Positions 50,211 through 62,959 of a stretch of DNA of 64,000 bases are shown piece by piece (position 1 is the stretch's first letter; each line of letters opens with the position of its first letter). The position numbers and the translations under genes were made by a program. Origin of the DNA: Chiloscyllium plagiosum (lineage: Eukaryota); NCBI RefSeq assembly GCF_004010195.1, contig NC_057737.1:48909173-48973172 (forward strand), written 5' to 3'. The notes under the pieces were generated by a model. That model was not told the DNA's origin. It saw only the letters and a list, made by a program, of their open reading frames with translations, and searched no databases.

Positions 50211-50898
50211 GGGCAATGCGCCCACACCTCCCCCCTCACCTCCCTCCAAGGCCCCAAAGGAAACTTCCATATCCGCCACAAATTCACCTGCACCTCCACA
50301 CACATCGTCTATTGCATCCTCTGCACCCGATGTGGCCTCCTCTATATTGGGGAGACAGGCCGGCTACTTGCGGAGCGTTTCAGAGAACACCTCTGGGACA
50401 CCCGGACCAACCAGCCCAACCACCCTGTGGCTCAACACTTCAACTCCCCCTCCCACTCTACCAAGGATATGCAGGTCTTTGGACTCCTCCATCGCGAGAC
50501 CACAACAACACGACGGTTGGAGGAAGAGCGCCTCATCTTCCGCCTAGAAACCCTCCAACTACAAGGGATGAACTCGGATTTCACCAGTTTCCTCATTTCC
50601 CCTCCCCCCACTTGTCTCAGTCAAATCCATCGAACTCAGCACCGCCTTCTTAACCTGCAATCTTCTTCCTGTCCTCTCCGCCCCCACCCCAGTCTGACCT
50701 ATCACCCTCACCTTGACCTCTTTCCACCTATCGCATTTCCGATGCCCCTCCCCCAAGTCCCTCCTCCCTACCTTTTATCTTAGCCTGCAGGACACACTTT
50801 CCTCATTCCTGAAGAAGGGCTTATGCCCGAAACGTAGATTCTCCTGTTCCCTGGATGCTGCCTGACCTGCTGCGCTTTTCCAGCAACACATTTTCAGT
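50211..50898 (+). mobile_element. PLE GIY-YIG endonuclease plus terminus (hammerhead core 50809-50836) inserted in a CR1 3' fragment (about 50165-51527)
   Basis: ORF 50151..50783: FTCTSTHIVYCILCTRCGLLYIGETGRLLAERFREHL...HFNSPSH; aatgcaggt duplicated at 50202-50210 and 50899-50907. Confidence 0.9.
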
Positions 50899-51527
50899 AA
50901 TGCAGGTAGATCGAGTGGTCAAGAAAGCATACGGCATGCTTTCCTTCATCGGACGGGGTATTGAGTTGGCAGGTCATGTTATAGTTGTACTTTGGTTCGG
51001 CCACATGTGCAATACTGTGTTCAGTTCTGGTCATCACATGCTCAAAAGGATGTGGATGCTTTGGAGGGGGTGCAGAGGAGGTTCACCAGGATGTTGCCTG
51101 GTGTGGAGAATGCGAGCTATGAAGAGAGTTCGAGTAGATTAGGATTATTTTCATCGGAAAGACAAAGATTGGAGGGGGCACCTGATTGAGGTCTACAAAA
51201 TCACGAGATGTACAGACAGGATGGATAGCTGTTTCCCAGAGTGAGGGACTCCATTACCAGGGATCACGAGTTCAAAGTGAGGGGGGGAAGTTTAAGGGAG
51301 ATATGCGTGGAAAGTTCTTTATGTAAAGGGTGGTGGATGCCTGGAACGTGTTGCCAGCGGAGGTGGTAGAGGCGGGCACAATAGGGTCAGAGACAAATAT
51401 ATGAATGGGCAGGGAACAGAGGGATACAGATCCTTAGAAAATAGGCGACAGGTTTAGATAGGGGATCTGGATCGGTGCAGCCTTGGAAGGCCAAAGGACC
51501 TGTTCCTATGCTGTAATTTCTTTGTTC

Positions 51528-51829
51528 ATTCGGCCCATCAAGTCCACACCAACCCTCCCAAGACCATCCTGCCATACCCACCCCCTGTAATCCTGTTTCC
51601 CAAGGCTAACTCACCTAGCTAGCACATCCATGGACACCATGGTCAATATAGCATGGCCAATCCATCTAACCTGCACATCTGTAGACTGAGAGAGGAAACC
51701 AGAGCACTCGGCAGAAACCCACACAGACACATGGAGAATATGCAAGCTCCTCACAGACAATTGCCTGAAGGTGGAATCAAATCTGGTTCCCTGGTGCTGT
51801 AAGGCAGCACTGCTAACCACTGAGCCACT
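51528..51829 (-). mobile_element. Older HE1-type SINE
   Basis: Diverged V-domain and head. Confidence 0.75.
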
Positions 51830-52074
51830 AAGAACACAGCACAGCTAAATTTCAATCTTTTTCCCAATACTACTGTCCATTGTAGACACTTTAAAGTCCA
51901 GAGAAATTACACCATTACCTCAGCTCTTTAAGTTTCTATTTATTGACATAAATGTTTCACATATCTGAGAATTGAAATTATTTTAGTTCTAAGAACGTGC
52001 AGATTTCTAACCAAATTCTCCTGATTTGGAAGTTTCATGAACTAAAATTTAGGATAAAATTTCGGTATGAATTA

Positions 52075-52790
52075 TACTGTAAACCCTTAGGAACATTACC
52101 ATACAGACGGATCTGGGCATGCAGGTCCACAGTTCCCTAAAAGTGGTAACCCAGGTGGCCAAGTTGATTAAGAAGGCATATGGCATGCTTGCCTTCATCA
52201 GCCTGGGCATGGAGGACAAAAGATTGGCAAACCATGTTGCAGCCCCTGTTAGGCCTGGAGTATTGTGTGCAGTTTTGGTAACTGCACTACCAGGAGGACA
52301 TGGAGGCTCTGGAGAGAGTGCAGAGAAGGTTCATCAGGATGTTGCCTGGTCTTCAGAGCATCGGCTATGAGGAAAGGTTAAAAAGACTGAGATTGTTTTC
52401 ACTGGAAAGACGGCGGCTGAGAGGAGACCTGATAGAGGTCTACACAATTATGAGAGGCATAGACAGGGTGGATAGTCAGAGGCTTTTTCCCAGGGTTGGA
52501 GTTTCAATTCTTCGGGGACACCGGTTCAAGGTGAGAGGGGGTAAGTTGAAGGGAAACGTGCGAGGGAAGTTTCTCATGCAGAGATTGGGAAGAGCCTGGA
52601 ATGCACTGTCAGAAAAGGTGATGGAAGCAGGCAAGATTTAAGAGGCATCTGGATGGTTACATGATTAGAGGGATATGGACCGAAGAAGGGCAGAAGGTTT
52701 GTTTTTTAGTTTATTTAGGGCACAATGATCAGCACAAGCTTGGAGGGCTAAAGGCCCTCTTCCTGTGCCGTACTTTTCTTTGTTCTATAA
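52075..52790 (+). mobile_element. CR1 LINE 3' fragment
   Basis: ORF 52300..52641: LERVQRRFIRMLPGL...RRLRGDLIEVY. Confidence 0.85.
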
Positions 52791-52905
52791 ACTCTTCTGC
52801 AGAATGATTTATCACAAGGAACTCCTTCTAGGAAAGAAACTAAACTTGCATCTGCATTCAAGTTTGGCATTTTCTGAATTAAATTTTTTTTAAACTTGCT
52901 TGATT

Positions 52906-54037
52906 CTAGCAAGGTTAGATCTCACGGAATACAGGGAGAACTAGCCATTTGGATACAGAACTGGCTCAAAGGTAGAAGACAGAGCGTGGTGGTGGAGAGT
53001 TGTTTTTCAGACTGGAGGCCTGTGACCAGTGGATTGCCACAAGGATCGATGCTGGGCCCTCTACCTTTTGTCCTTTACATAAATGATTTGGATGCGAACA
53101 TAAGAGGTACAGTTAGTAAGTTTGCAGATGACAGCAAAATTGGAGGTGTAGTGGACAGTGAAGAAGGTTACCTCAGATTACAACAGGATCTTGATCAGAG
53201 GGGCCAGTGGGCTGAGAAGTGGCAGATGGAGTTTAATTTAGATAAATGCGAGGTGATACATTTTGGGAAAGCAAATCTTAGCAGGACTTATACACTTAAT
53301 GGTAAGATCCTAGGGAGTATTGCTGAACAAAGAGACCTTGGAGTGCAGGTTCATAGCTCCTTGAAAGTGGAGTCGGAGGTAGATAGGATAGTGAAGAAGG
53401 TGTTTGGTATGCTTTCCTTTATTGGTCAGAGTATTGAGTACAGGAGTTGGGAGGTCATGCTGCGGCTGTACAGGACATTGGTTAGGCCACTGTTGGAATA
53501 TTGCGTGCAATTCTGGTCTCCTTCCTATTGGAAAGATGTTGTGAAACTTGAAAGGGTGCAGAAAAGATTTACAAGGATGTTGCCAAAGTTGGAGGATCTG
53601 AGCTATATGGAGAGGCTGAACAAGCTGGGGCTGTTTTTCCTGGAGCATCGGTGGCTGAGGGATGACCTTATAGAGGTCTACACAATTATGAGGGGCATGG
53701 ATAGGGTAAATAGACAATATCTTTTCCCTGGGGTGGGGGATTCCAGGACTAGAGGGCATAGCTTTAGGGTGAGAGGGGAAAAGATATAAAAGAGACCTAA
53801 GGGGCAACGTTTTCACACAGAGGGTGGTACATGTATGGAATGAGCTGCAGGAGGAAGTGGTGGAGGCTGGTACAATTGCAACATTTAAAAGGCATCTAGA
53901 TGGGTATATGAATAGGAAGGGTTTGGAGGGATATGGCCCGGGTGCTGGCAGGTGGGACTAGATTGGGTTGGGATATCTGGGCGGCATGGACGGGTTGGAC
54001 CGAAGGGTCTGTTTCCATGCTGTACATCTCTGACTAC
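52906..54037 (+). mobile_element. Young 5'-truncated CR1/HER1 LINE (RT C-terminal half and 3' tail)
   Basis: ORF 52896..53789: SGLPQGSMLGP...YINDLD...KFADDSK...LVRPLLEYCVQFWSP; tail ctgtacatctctgactactct. Confidence 0.92.
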
Positions 54038-55167
54038 TCTTCTGAACTCAAAGCAATGACATTAAGTGTTTACCCTACTTGCCATAAACCCAACAGTATT
54101 AGCGTATTTCAAATAACACCACCGAGGTGTACAGTCAGCTGCTTTTTGACAAATGCTGGGTTTAGCTCACTCCCATAATAACTCACTGACCTTTCTCATT
54201 ATAAATAAAACATTTCACAAAAGTAACCAACACCCATCTGCTTCTATTTTGAAGTACAAATTCAAAAATTATATTAATATGGATATAGACCACATCCTTT
54301 TTTACCATAGAGTTCCTTCCTTCTCTAACACCTGTTGTACAGTGTTGATGATACACTTAGCCTGAGGATTTGAGAGAATTTTTACTTTTCCATGAAGACT
54401 TTTGACACCAAAAGGAAATTGCACTCTCAAAGCAATATTTCTAACAAGCATTTCATTTAAGTGAACAATCCCTTTGAGGTCCATAAAAGGTGTCAGACCA
54501 CATTTCAGGGATTGAGAGCGCTGATTTGGGCAGCACATTTTAGGAAGGGAATATTGACCTGAGGGAAAATGTTGTGTAGATTCACCATGGTGATACCTGG
54601 ACACCAAAAGTTAAATTACAATGTGAGAATAAAAATGGGGCAGTGTTTCCTGGAACTTAGAAGGCAGCAGGGACGATTTGGTAGTTAAATAGGATAGATA
54701 GAAACTATTTCTTTTCGTCGGACATCTAGGACAAGTAATCATCATCTAATCACTTGAACCAGATCTATTAGGAATTAATCCAGGAAACACTGCATGTGTG
54801 TACAAGTTTGGAATTCTCATCCACAACCAATAATTGCTGGATCAATTATTAATTTTAAATCTGAGATTAGTTTTGTTAATGAATGGTATTTGGGAAATAT
54901 GGGGTAAGGTGGTAATATGAAGTTAAGTCATTGAATAGCTTGAATATAATGAATGGCTGAACACACTTGAGGGACCAAATAGCCCTACTCCTGTTTCTAG
55001 ATGCTGGCACCATATTCTCAGTCCTGCCAAAACTTGAGCCTTCTTTCTAATGCCCCAAGAACCCCCTGTTGACAGTCCTGTTGACAGTGTACTTCATTGT
55101 GCATTTAAGGTCGTGCTGTGCAGCTATTTTGTCTTTCTAGCTCTACCTAGTTGTTGTTTGATTTTAG

Positions 55168-55258
55168 GAATCGCTGTTGGTCATATCTATTATTTCTTGG
55201 AAGACGTATTTCCAAACCAACCTGGTGGGGGTCGGCTGCTCAGAACACCAAACATTTT
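55168..55258 (+). CDS. DERL2: Derlin-2 exon 6 (GxxxG motif)
   Basis: tttag|(G)[29 protein letters not shown](L)|gtaagt. Confidence 0.96.
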
Positions 55259-56166
55259 GTAAGTTGTTTTTTATTGAAGTGATCTTTGTTTGGGATAAAT
55301 GATAGAATCTCTAAAATGTGGAAGTAGGCCATTCAGCCCATCAAGTTCACAGCACCCTCCGAAGAGCATCCCACACAGACCACCCCCCCAACACCCCACC
55401 CTATCCCTGCAACCCTGCATTTCCCATATCTAATCCATCTACTCTGCTCATCCCAATTTGCTATGGGCAATTTAACATGGCCAATCCATCTAACCTGCAC
55501 ATCTTTGTACTGTAGGAGGAAACCAGGGCACCAAGAGGTCTTCTAGAGTTACTGTAATCCCCCTTTCAGAAATATTATCACTGCCCATCTCCCTTCAAGA
55601 CTTTCCTGAGCTGAGTTAACAAAGAGGCTGAATGTGACTGCAACATGCCTCTCCTTGTTCTCATTACAGTCAATCACTCCAGGCTCCTCTAGTTCTCCCC
55701 TGTATTAATGATATGCAGGTAGCATGGGGAAGCAGGGCCCAAAGGTTGAGGTTTGGATGGTGAGCGATTGATGCATGTTGTGGGTGAAACCTTTGAAGGT
55801 GTTTAGGTTTTCAGAGGCATTCTTGTGGTTGCCATTTTGCTTGCTGGGTGTATAACAGCAGGTGCCTGTTATTACCCCAGAACTACCTCACAATATTTGT
55901 GTAACACAGTGTGTAAGCATTGATGCAGAGACAGAGCTGGGGTTTACAACATAACTCTCTTCTAGCAAATCCATTGACCATCCATCACCTACTTTGGCCT
56001 ACTTTGCCAGCTTGGAGACAAGAGTCCACTGTTGCCTTGTTGGCACCCTGAGCTAATCCAATTGGTATGGCCACCTTTATTCATCTTGAGTGGTACAGTG
56101 TATCATACTGCTGCGTTTATTCCAGAAACAAAGACTGATTTTGTGCTTTGTTCCTGTTGTGAACCA

Positions 56167-56350
56167 CAGTAGTCCCTCCGTACCTGTGGGGGATGTGTTC
56201 CAAGACCTACAAAACCATGGATAGGTGTGAACCCATTCATTTAAATGGGAAATGTACCTTCCCAGCAGCCCCTAATCCCTGGTTCCAGAAGGTAAACTGC
56301 AGGTAACTGTAACCGTGGAAACTGGACCCGTGGATATGGGGATCACCCTG
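56167..56350. mobile_element. Tigger/pogo-like MITE remnant
   Basis: Starts CAGTAGTCCCTCCGTACCTGTGGG, ends CCCGTGGATATGGGGATCACCCTG (imperfect TIRs). Confidence 0.5.
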
Positions 56351-56473
56351 CACTGTGTAGATTGTGACCTGATCTGATAATTCACACCCAGCCTGATATG
56401 CAAGTTTTGCTATTGACTATTGCATGTTGTTTCCATAACTAATCCCAGGAATGGGGTCTGTTTTCTCTGGCAG

Positions 56474-56579
56474 GAAAGTTGTTTTTGATATTCCGGAAGA
56501 AGACCCCAACTATAATCCATTGCCTGAGGACCGGCCTGGGGGTTTCAACTGGGGTGAAGGACAACGACTTGGGGGCTAG
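56474..56579 (+). CDS. DERL2: Derlin-2 exon 7 (terminal; SHP-box-like F.WGEGQRLG)
   Basis: [34 protein letters not shown]-stop; joined CDS 720 nt = 239 aa plus stop. Confidence 0.96.
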
Positions 56580-56678
56580 ATGCAAATCAGCTGTAAGCAG
56601 CAAACACTCTGCAGGATCTCAAAGGATGTATTTGTTCTCTTTTGCCTCCCTATGTTCCCTGTCACTCTGGTTCAGTTC

Positions 56679-56684
56679 AATAAA
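56679..56684 (+). terminator. Candidate proximal DERL2 poly(A) signal
   Basis: AATAAA 100 nt after the stop; repeat-free sequence continues to an ATTAAA near 57605, a possible distal site. Confidence 0.4.
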
Positions 56685-59169
56685 TGCCACCTTGCAGACT
56701 GCCAACGAGCCACCCATCAGCAAGCACTTTCTGTATGATGGATACCTGTCAAATCTCGAAGGCAAATTATAATTGGCCAATAGTGCCTGCAGCATTGTTT
56801 GTTTTACTGGAATCACTGACATTTCGATGAGATTTATTCCATCAAACTGAAGATCTGAGTGCTCACATTACTTGTCTCTTAGAAGATCAAATCTCTGAAG
56901 TCACATTCACCTCAATTGAATGTGTAGCCATAATTTTTATATAACTGATTGTTTTTATGAGAAATTGCTGACTGCTGTAAGAATTCTTTTACAATGAAAA
57001 CAGAACTCAACCCATCAAACATCACTGTGATCAGAGAGATCAAATTTCTGAGCAAAAAGACAGCAGATGGAGTCTTTGATCTATTCTCAGCGGGATTAAT
57101 GCAAGAATATGTTACCTAAGCACAGTCAACCTCCACAGTCTTTCCATTGATCTATTTTGTCAGTCACACATGTGGACAGCTAAGCCCAGTAGATGTCAGT
57201 TTAGCCTGTAGCTAACCACTATTGGTTAAACAGACTAACCAGTTGGTATTACACATTCTTTCCCTGTTACAGGCTGGTGTCAGATGTGTAACCTGTTCAA
57301 ACACAGAAAACTTTAGACAATTAGCTACCAATAATCTGAGAATACCTTCGGAACTTTATCAGTGTTGCAATGCCTGGCAACTAGGTAACGTAAACCTGCA
57401 GCTAGAAATGTGTTTGCTTGTGATATGTTAATTCTGAGATTCACAGTCCCACACAACACAACCCAATATAAGCTGCCCGAGTAATGGAGTGGGTATGTAA
57501 TCTTACTGTCAGAAATTATTTGATAGCAGAAGGCAAACGTTTCTGAGTGTTTCAGATGCATGCAATGGGAGGGTAAGATATTGTTTTCTGTAAACTAATC
57601 CTCTATTAAATTCTTAATTAATTAATTAGCAACACCCAATTGTAAAGAGATATCTCAAACAAATTGCCTACAAATCCAAATATTAAGAATGTCTGGTCTA
57701 TATTACAACTGCCAACTTGGATAAATTCCATTAAATGAAGCATGTATAACACGATTCTCGTGTTCACAATGTCCCACATGAATCTTAGCTGGGCTGGTGT
57801 CCTTGCTGAGAGAAGTTGATTGCAGGCTGGAATTACTAGCTTTTGATTACAACGTTAAAAATCACACAACACCAGGTTGTCCAACAGGTTTAATTGGATT
57901 ACAATTAAACAGGTTTAATTTTGATTACAAAGCAGTGTTTAATTTCAAGGTCCAAGAACCAGAGGAAATGATGTGAGCACAACGGGACTAACAGCAGATC
58001 AACCAAAGAACTGTGAACCAAGAGCAACTCTGTAATCGTGCAGGGAGATTGACAAGCTAAAAACTGTTCTTCTCATATAAAAGAGAAAACATCACAGATG
58101 TTGGAAATCTGAAATGTGAAGATGCCGGAAATACTCAGCAGGTCAGGCAAAATTTCTGAAGAGAGAAGGCTAACATAAAATGGTTTGGACACTGGGGAGA
58201 ACTCCCCTGCTCCTCTTCAGAATGGTGTGTGGATATTTTATGTTGGTGTGAAAACCTGTACTGCAGTAAACCACAGCCTTGTACTGCAAAGTTTGAAACA
58301 TTTTAATCAATTCACACTTGTGCCAAATCTGAAGTACTTTGGATGATTCTAATCATAAAATTTGATTTGCTAATTGTGAAGTTGTTGAGTATAATCTGTG
58401 CTTACAGCAGCTTATTGAGTGTTCTAACAGAGCTACATTCTTAACTGGTTTCTTAACTATTTCAGCATATTTGATAGAGTGAACAGGAGTCTCATGTTTT
58501 TATCCTCTCTAGTTATTTTCATCAAAACCTTTTGACAGAAATTAAATTATTTCAGTTAAAATATTTATCTCAAGATTCCTCTTTATACATGTTCCACCCC
58601 AAATCCTGCAGTGAAGGGTAGTAGGGGTAATGAGAGAAACTATTCAGTGTCTAAAAATATTCCTGACCGATAGATACTGAGATACAGCAGTCAAGATACA
58701 GATATCTTCGTGAGACGAGACTGCAAAATGCCAGTTGGTGTCCAGATATGTCTCTGAGGGATATGGATTAAGATACAATAAACAGTGTGCAGAAATCTCC
58801 CTGAGAGTCTGGAGATTAAGGGGTCTGAGTCATAGAGATGCACAGAAATCACTGAGGGAGAGAAAATGAGAGACTGTAGTCTCCAAACAGACACCTCCTT
58901 GAAAGAAAGGCTACAGAGACCAGATGAAAAAATGGCAGTTGTGACAGTGCTCAAGAGTCTTGCACTTAAATAGTGCTTTTCATGACCTCAGAATGTTCCA
59001 ACTATTGAAGGACTTTTGCAGGACTCTCACTATTGTGATGTCAAAAATTCTGATTTGTGCACAGCAATATCCCACTCTCAACAATGCAGTAGTGACCAGA
59101 TAATTTATTTTTAATTATGCTGATAGGGGATGAATATTGATCAGAACACCAAGTAGATGTAATGGACAG

Positions 59170-59374
59170 GAGAAAGTGAGGACTGCAGATGCTGGAGATC
59201 AGAGCTGAAAATGTGTTGCTGGAAAAGCGCAGCAGGTCAGGCAGCATCCAAGAAGCAGGAGAATCGACGTTTCGGGCATAAGTCATTCCTGAAGAAGGGC
59301 TCATGCCCGAAACGTCGATTCTCCTGCTCCTTGGATGCTGCCTGACCTGCTGCGCTTTTCCAGCAACACATTTT
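59170..59374. mobile_element. PLE-terminus fold-back insertion (family A) with perfect 16-bp TSD
   Basis: tagatgtaatggacag at 59154-59169 and 59375-59390; about 75-bp inverted arms; hammerhead core about 59288-59315 (+). Confidence 0.9.
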
Positions 59375-60986
59375 TAGATGTAATGGACAGACAAGTGATA
59401 AGTGAAATTTAATGCAGAAAACTATGAAGCAATTTATTTTGATAGGAAGAGCAAGGAGAGAATATTCTAGGGGAAGTGCAGGAATAAATAGCTAGGGTAT
59501 AGGTGGAAGAATCTTGACAGTTTTGAAAAGGGTTAAGGAGGCTGGGTTGTAAAAATGAGGTGAAGGCTATAAAGACAAGGACATTATGGTGAACCTTTCT
59601 AAAATACTGGTTAACCTCAAATGAAATATTGTTCAGTTTTGGGTACCGCACTTAGGAATGGGAAGGATTTGGAGAGGGTACAGAAAAGATTCATAGTTAT
59701 GTGGATAGATTGGACAAGTTAGTTACCGGAAAAATACCGTAGCTGCTGTAAATATGAAACAAATGCAGAGAACACTGGAGAAACTCTGCAAATCTGGCAG
59801 CATCCGTGGAGAGGGAAACAAAGTTAACATTTCAAGTCCACTGGCACATCAGGACTGAAGAAGATTCACAGAAGACTTCTCTTTTCACAGATGCTGCCAG
59901 GCATGCTGAGTTTCTCCAGCATTCTGTGTTTGTTTGGATAAATTGGGATTGATCTCCTTGGAAGGGAGAAGGTTGAGAGGAAAAGAATAGGAATAAACCA
60001 TTCCCATTGGTGAAAGGATCTAGAGCAATGTGGCACAGGTATGTTGGAATTGGGGAGAAGGAATAGCAGGAGTAACAATAAATGCATAGAGACATGCTCT
60101 ATGACAGCGTGTGGTTCAAATCTGGAATATGCTGTTTTGAGTATTATGGTGGAGGTAGATTCAATTGGGACTTTCAAAAGGGAGTTAGAGAATTACTTGA
60201 AATGGGAGAATATGCAGGCAATGGGATAAAGGCAGGGCAGTGGCTGTAGGTGAATTACTCCTTCATAGAGTAATTATTCAGTAGTCTGAATGACCTCACT
60301 CTGGGTGGTAAACTTTCTGTGACTCATTTATGAGAATGGATCCAGAGATGAGGGACTTAATTACAAGGAAAGATTAGAGAAACTTGTTCGATTCTGCTTT
60401 AGAAAGGGTTGGAGGGAATTTTGATGTGACATTTAAAATCATGAGGGATCTGGACAGTCATTGAGACAAATTATTCCTAAAAGTGAGGTTCAATAACCTG
60501 AGAGCATAGATTTAGAGTGATTGGCAAAAGAATCAATGGCTAAAAGAAGAAAAAACACTTAAATGCAGTATGTTACCTGAGAATGTGTGGAGCCAAATTC
60601 AAAAAGGGTTTTCAAAAAGAAATTGGATCAGTATCTGAAATGAATATACTTGTGGGTTTGTGGGAAAAGGGCAGGGTTGTGGGACCAGTTGAGTGCCTCA
60701 TGCAGAGCTTCAACAGACCAAATGGTCTCCTTTGCTGTAACTATTCCACAATTCTTTTAAAAACTACAGCATACTGGAAGATTATAACCAGTGCATCACA
60801 ATCTCTACAATTACTTCTTTCACATAAGGATGCCGATCATGATGTATAGGTTGCCACTTAATTCCATTGATTTCACCAGGGCTACTACTAATGCTGGTTT
60901 TAAAGTTCCTCGTGCCTGCTACACCCTTGGTTCCTCATGATTCTAGGATTATTTTTGTGTCTTGTGAGAACAGATAAAGTTCATAT

Positions 60987-62255
60987 CTGCTGTCATTCCT
61001 CTATGTGCTGTCTGACCAGGGCTTTTTGTTGCTTCAATCTGATTTCACCTCTTTGTTTCTAGTCCTCAAAATATCAAGGCCGACATTCCATTAGCTCTAT
61101 TGATTATTTTCTGAACTAAGTTTTCATTTATGTCTTTAGGATTTGCACCAAAGTTTTGCACTATTTACAAATCTCCTTAATCCCTCCTTATGTCCAAAGT
61201 TGCGTACACTGAAAACAATTTACTCTGGTTTAAAGTCTCTGCCAATTTAATTCCACCTGTCTTAGCCTCTAACAATTTCATATTTACTTTCACCAGTGCA
61301 TTCCTATTTACAAAGCTATTAACATGTTCACAATTTGCTTTTGTATCTCTTTCGAGATACTTTTACACTCATGTGCTTGTCAAGTTCTTGGTTGTCCTTT
61401 GCCAAATTCTAAAATCTTCAGACTTACTAAATCTTTTGGCAGCAGTATAAGGTTTTTGTTATGATCTGATACCATCCTTAATTCCTGTTATTAACTGTAG
61501 TCATCCATTATCATATCTTCTAATGTAGTTTCCAAATCTATCTTAACCAAGTTGCCCCTCATATATTGTATTGTTTAGATTTGAGACCCTAGCTAAATCA
61601 CTTTTAAGCTCATCATGAAATTCCATCATGTTCTGGTCATCCCTTTCCATAGATTATGAATTCTTCTTTTCTCCTTGCCACCTAGCTCATTCTCCAGTTG
61701 GGTCTTTATTGTACTGCTCTAGAAAACTAACTCGAATTTATTGCATGAACTAATCTTCCACAATATAACTGCAAATTTGTTTGGCCGGTCTTAAAGAAGA
61801 TTTATGATACCATGATTACAGTATTATCATTATTAAATGTACATTTATTTTCCTGATTTATACTCGTTCATACACAGCAACCACTTAAAGCCCAAAAGCA
61901 ATGCAATCCTAGTTTGTGGAATCTGCCCTTATAATTTAGCCTTTGAAATGCAGGTATAAATTTGGTAAACTCATGCTGCTCTCTCACCAAAGCCTTTTTT
62001 TATCCTTTTTACAGAACTGCTGTCATTCTTCTATGTGCTGTCTGACCAGGGCTTTGTGCTGCTTCAATCTGATTTCACCTTTTTGTTTCTAATCCTGTAC
62101 AGTTAAAGGCCATATTCCATTAACTCTGTTGATTATTTTCTGAACTTCATTTTCATTTATGACTCTGGGATTTGCACCAAAGTTTTGTACCATTTACAAA
62201 TCTTCTTAATCTCTCCTTTTTAGGTGCAAAGGTGCCTACACTGAAAACCATTTAC
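60987..62255 (+). repeat. Dispersed diverged duplication of about 240 bp (60987-61223 and 62017-62255)
   Basis: ctgctgtcattc.tctatgtgctgtctgaccagggcttt...tacactgaaaac.atttac occurs twice; the minus strand resembles decayed CR1 (KALVR.H.E). Confidence 0.8.
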
Positions 62256-62477
62256 CACCGTTTTGGCTATTAATCTATTAGTATCATTGTAAATTTTACA
62301 CTTCCATCTAATTTGTTTATAATTTCATTTATCTTTGTTCATCAGGAAATTTGGATATGTCGTTATCTATCAAGTGGAAGATGATTGCATAGTGGTAATG
62401 TCACTAGTAATCAATCACCCCAGATTAAACATTTGCAAAATATGAATTTCAATCCCACCATGATAGAGAATGAAATT

Positions 62478-62870
62478 TAGAGTCATAGAGATGTACAGCA
62501 TGGAAACAGACCCTTTGGTCCAATCCATTCATGCCGACCAGATATCCCAACCCAATCTAGTCCCACCTGCCAGCACCCGGCCCATATCCCTCCAAACCCT
62601 TCCTATTCATATACCCATCCAAATGCCTCTTAAATGTTGCAATTGTATCAGCCTCTACCACTTCCTCTGGCAGCTCATTCCATATACGTACCACCCTCTG
62701 CGTGAAAACGTTGCCCCAGAAGTCTCTTTTATATGTTTCCCCTCTCACCCTAAACCTATGCTCTCCAATTCTGGACTCCCCAACCCCAGGGAAAAGACTT
62801 CGTCTATTTACCCTATCCATGCCCCTCATAATTTTGTAAACCTCTATAAGGTCACCCCTCAGCCTCCGAC
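62478..62870 (-). mobile_element. Young CR1/HER1 3' end
   Basis: ORF 62557..62892: RRLRGDLIEVYKIMRGMDRV...FKRHLDGYM. Confidence 0.9.
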
Positions 62871-62959
62871 AAGCTAGTCTAGTGGTGACCATTTAACTTT
62901 TGTTGATTATTGTAAAAGCCCATCTGGATTGATAATATCCATTAGAGAAGGAAATCTAT

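Noticed and set aside
52896-53789. 297-aa RT ORF as a domesticated gene
   Set aside because: 5'-truncated CR1 with no true start, a frameshift near the end and an ordinary CR1 tail
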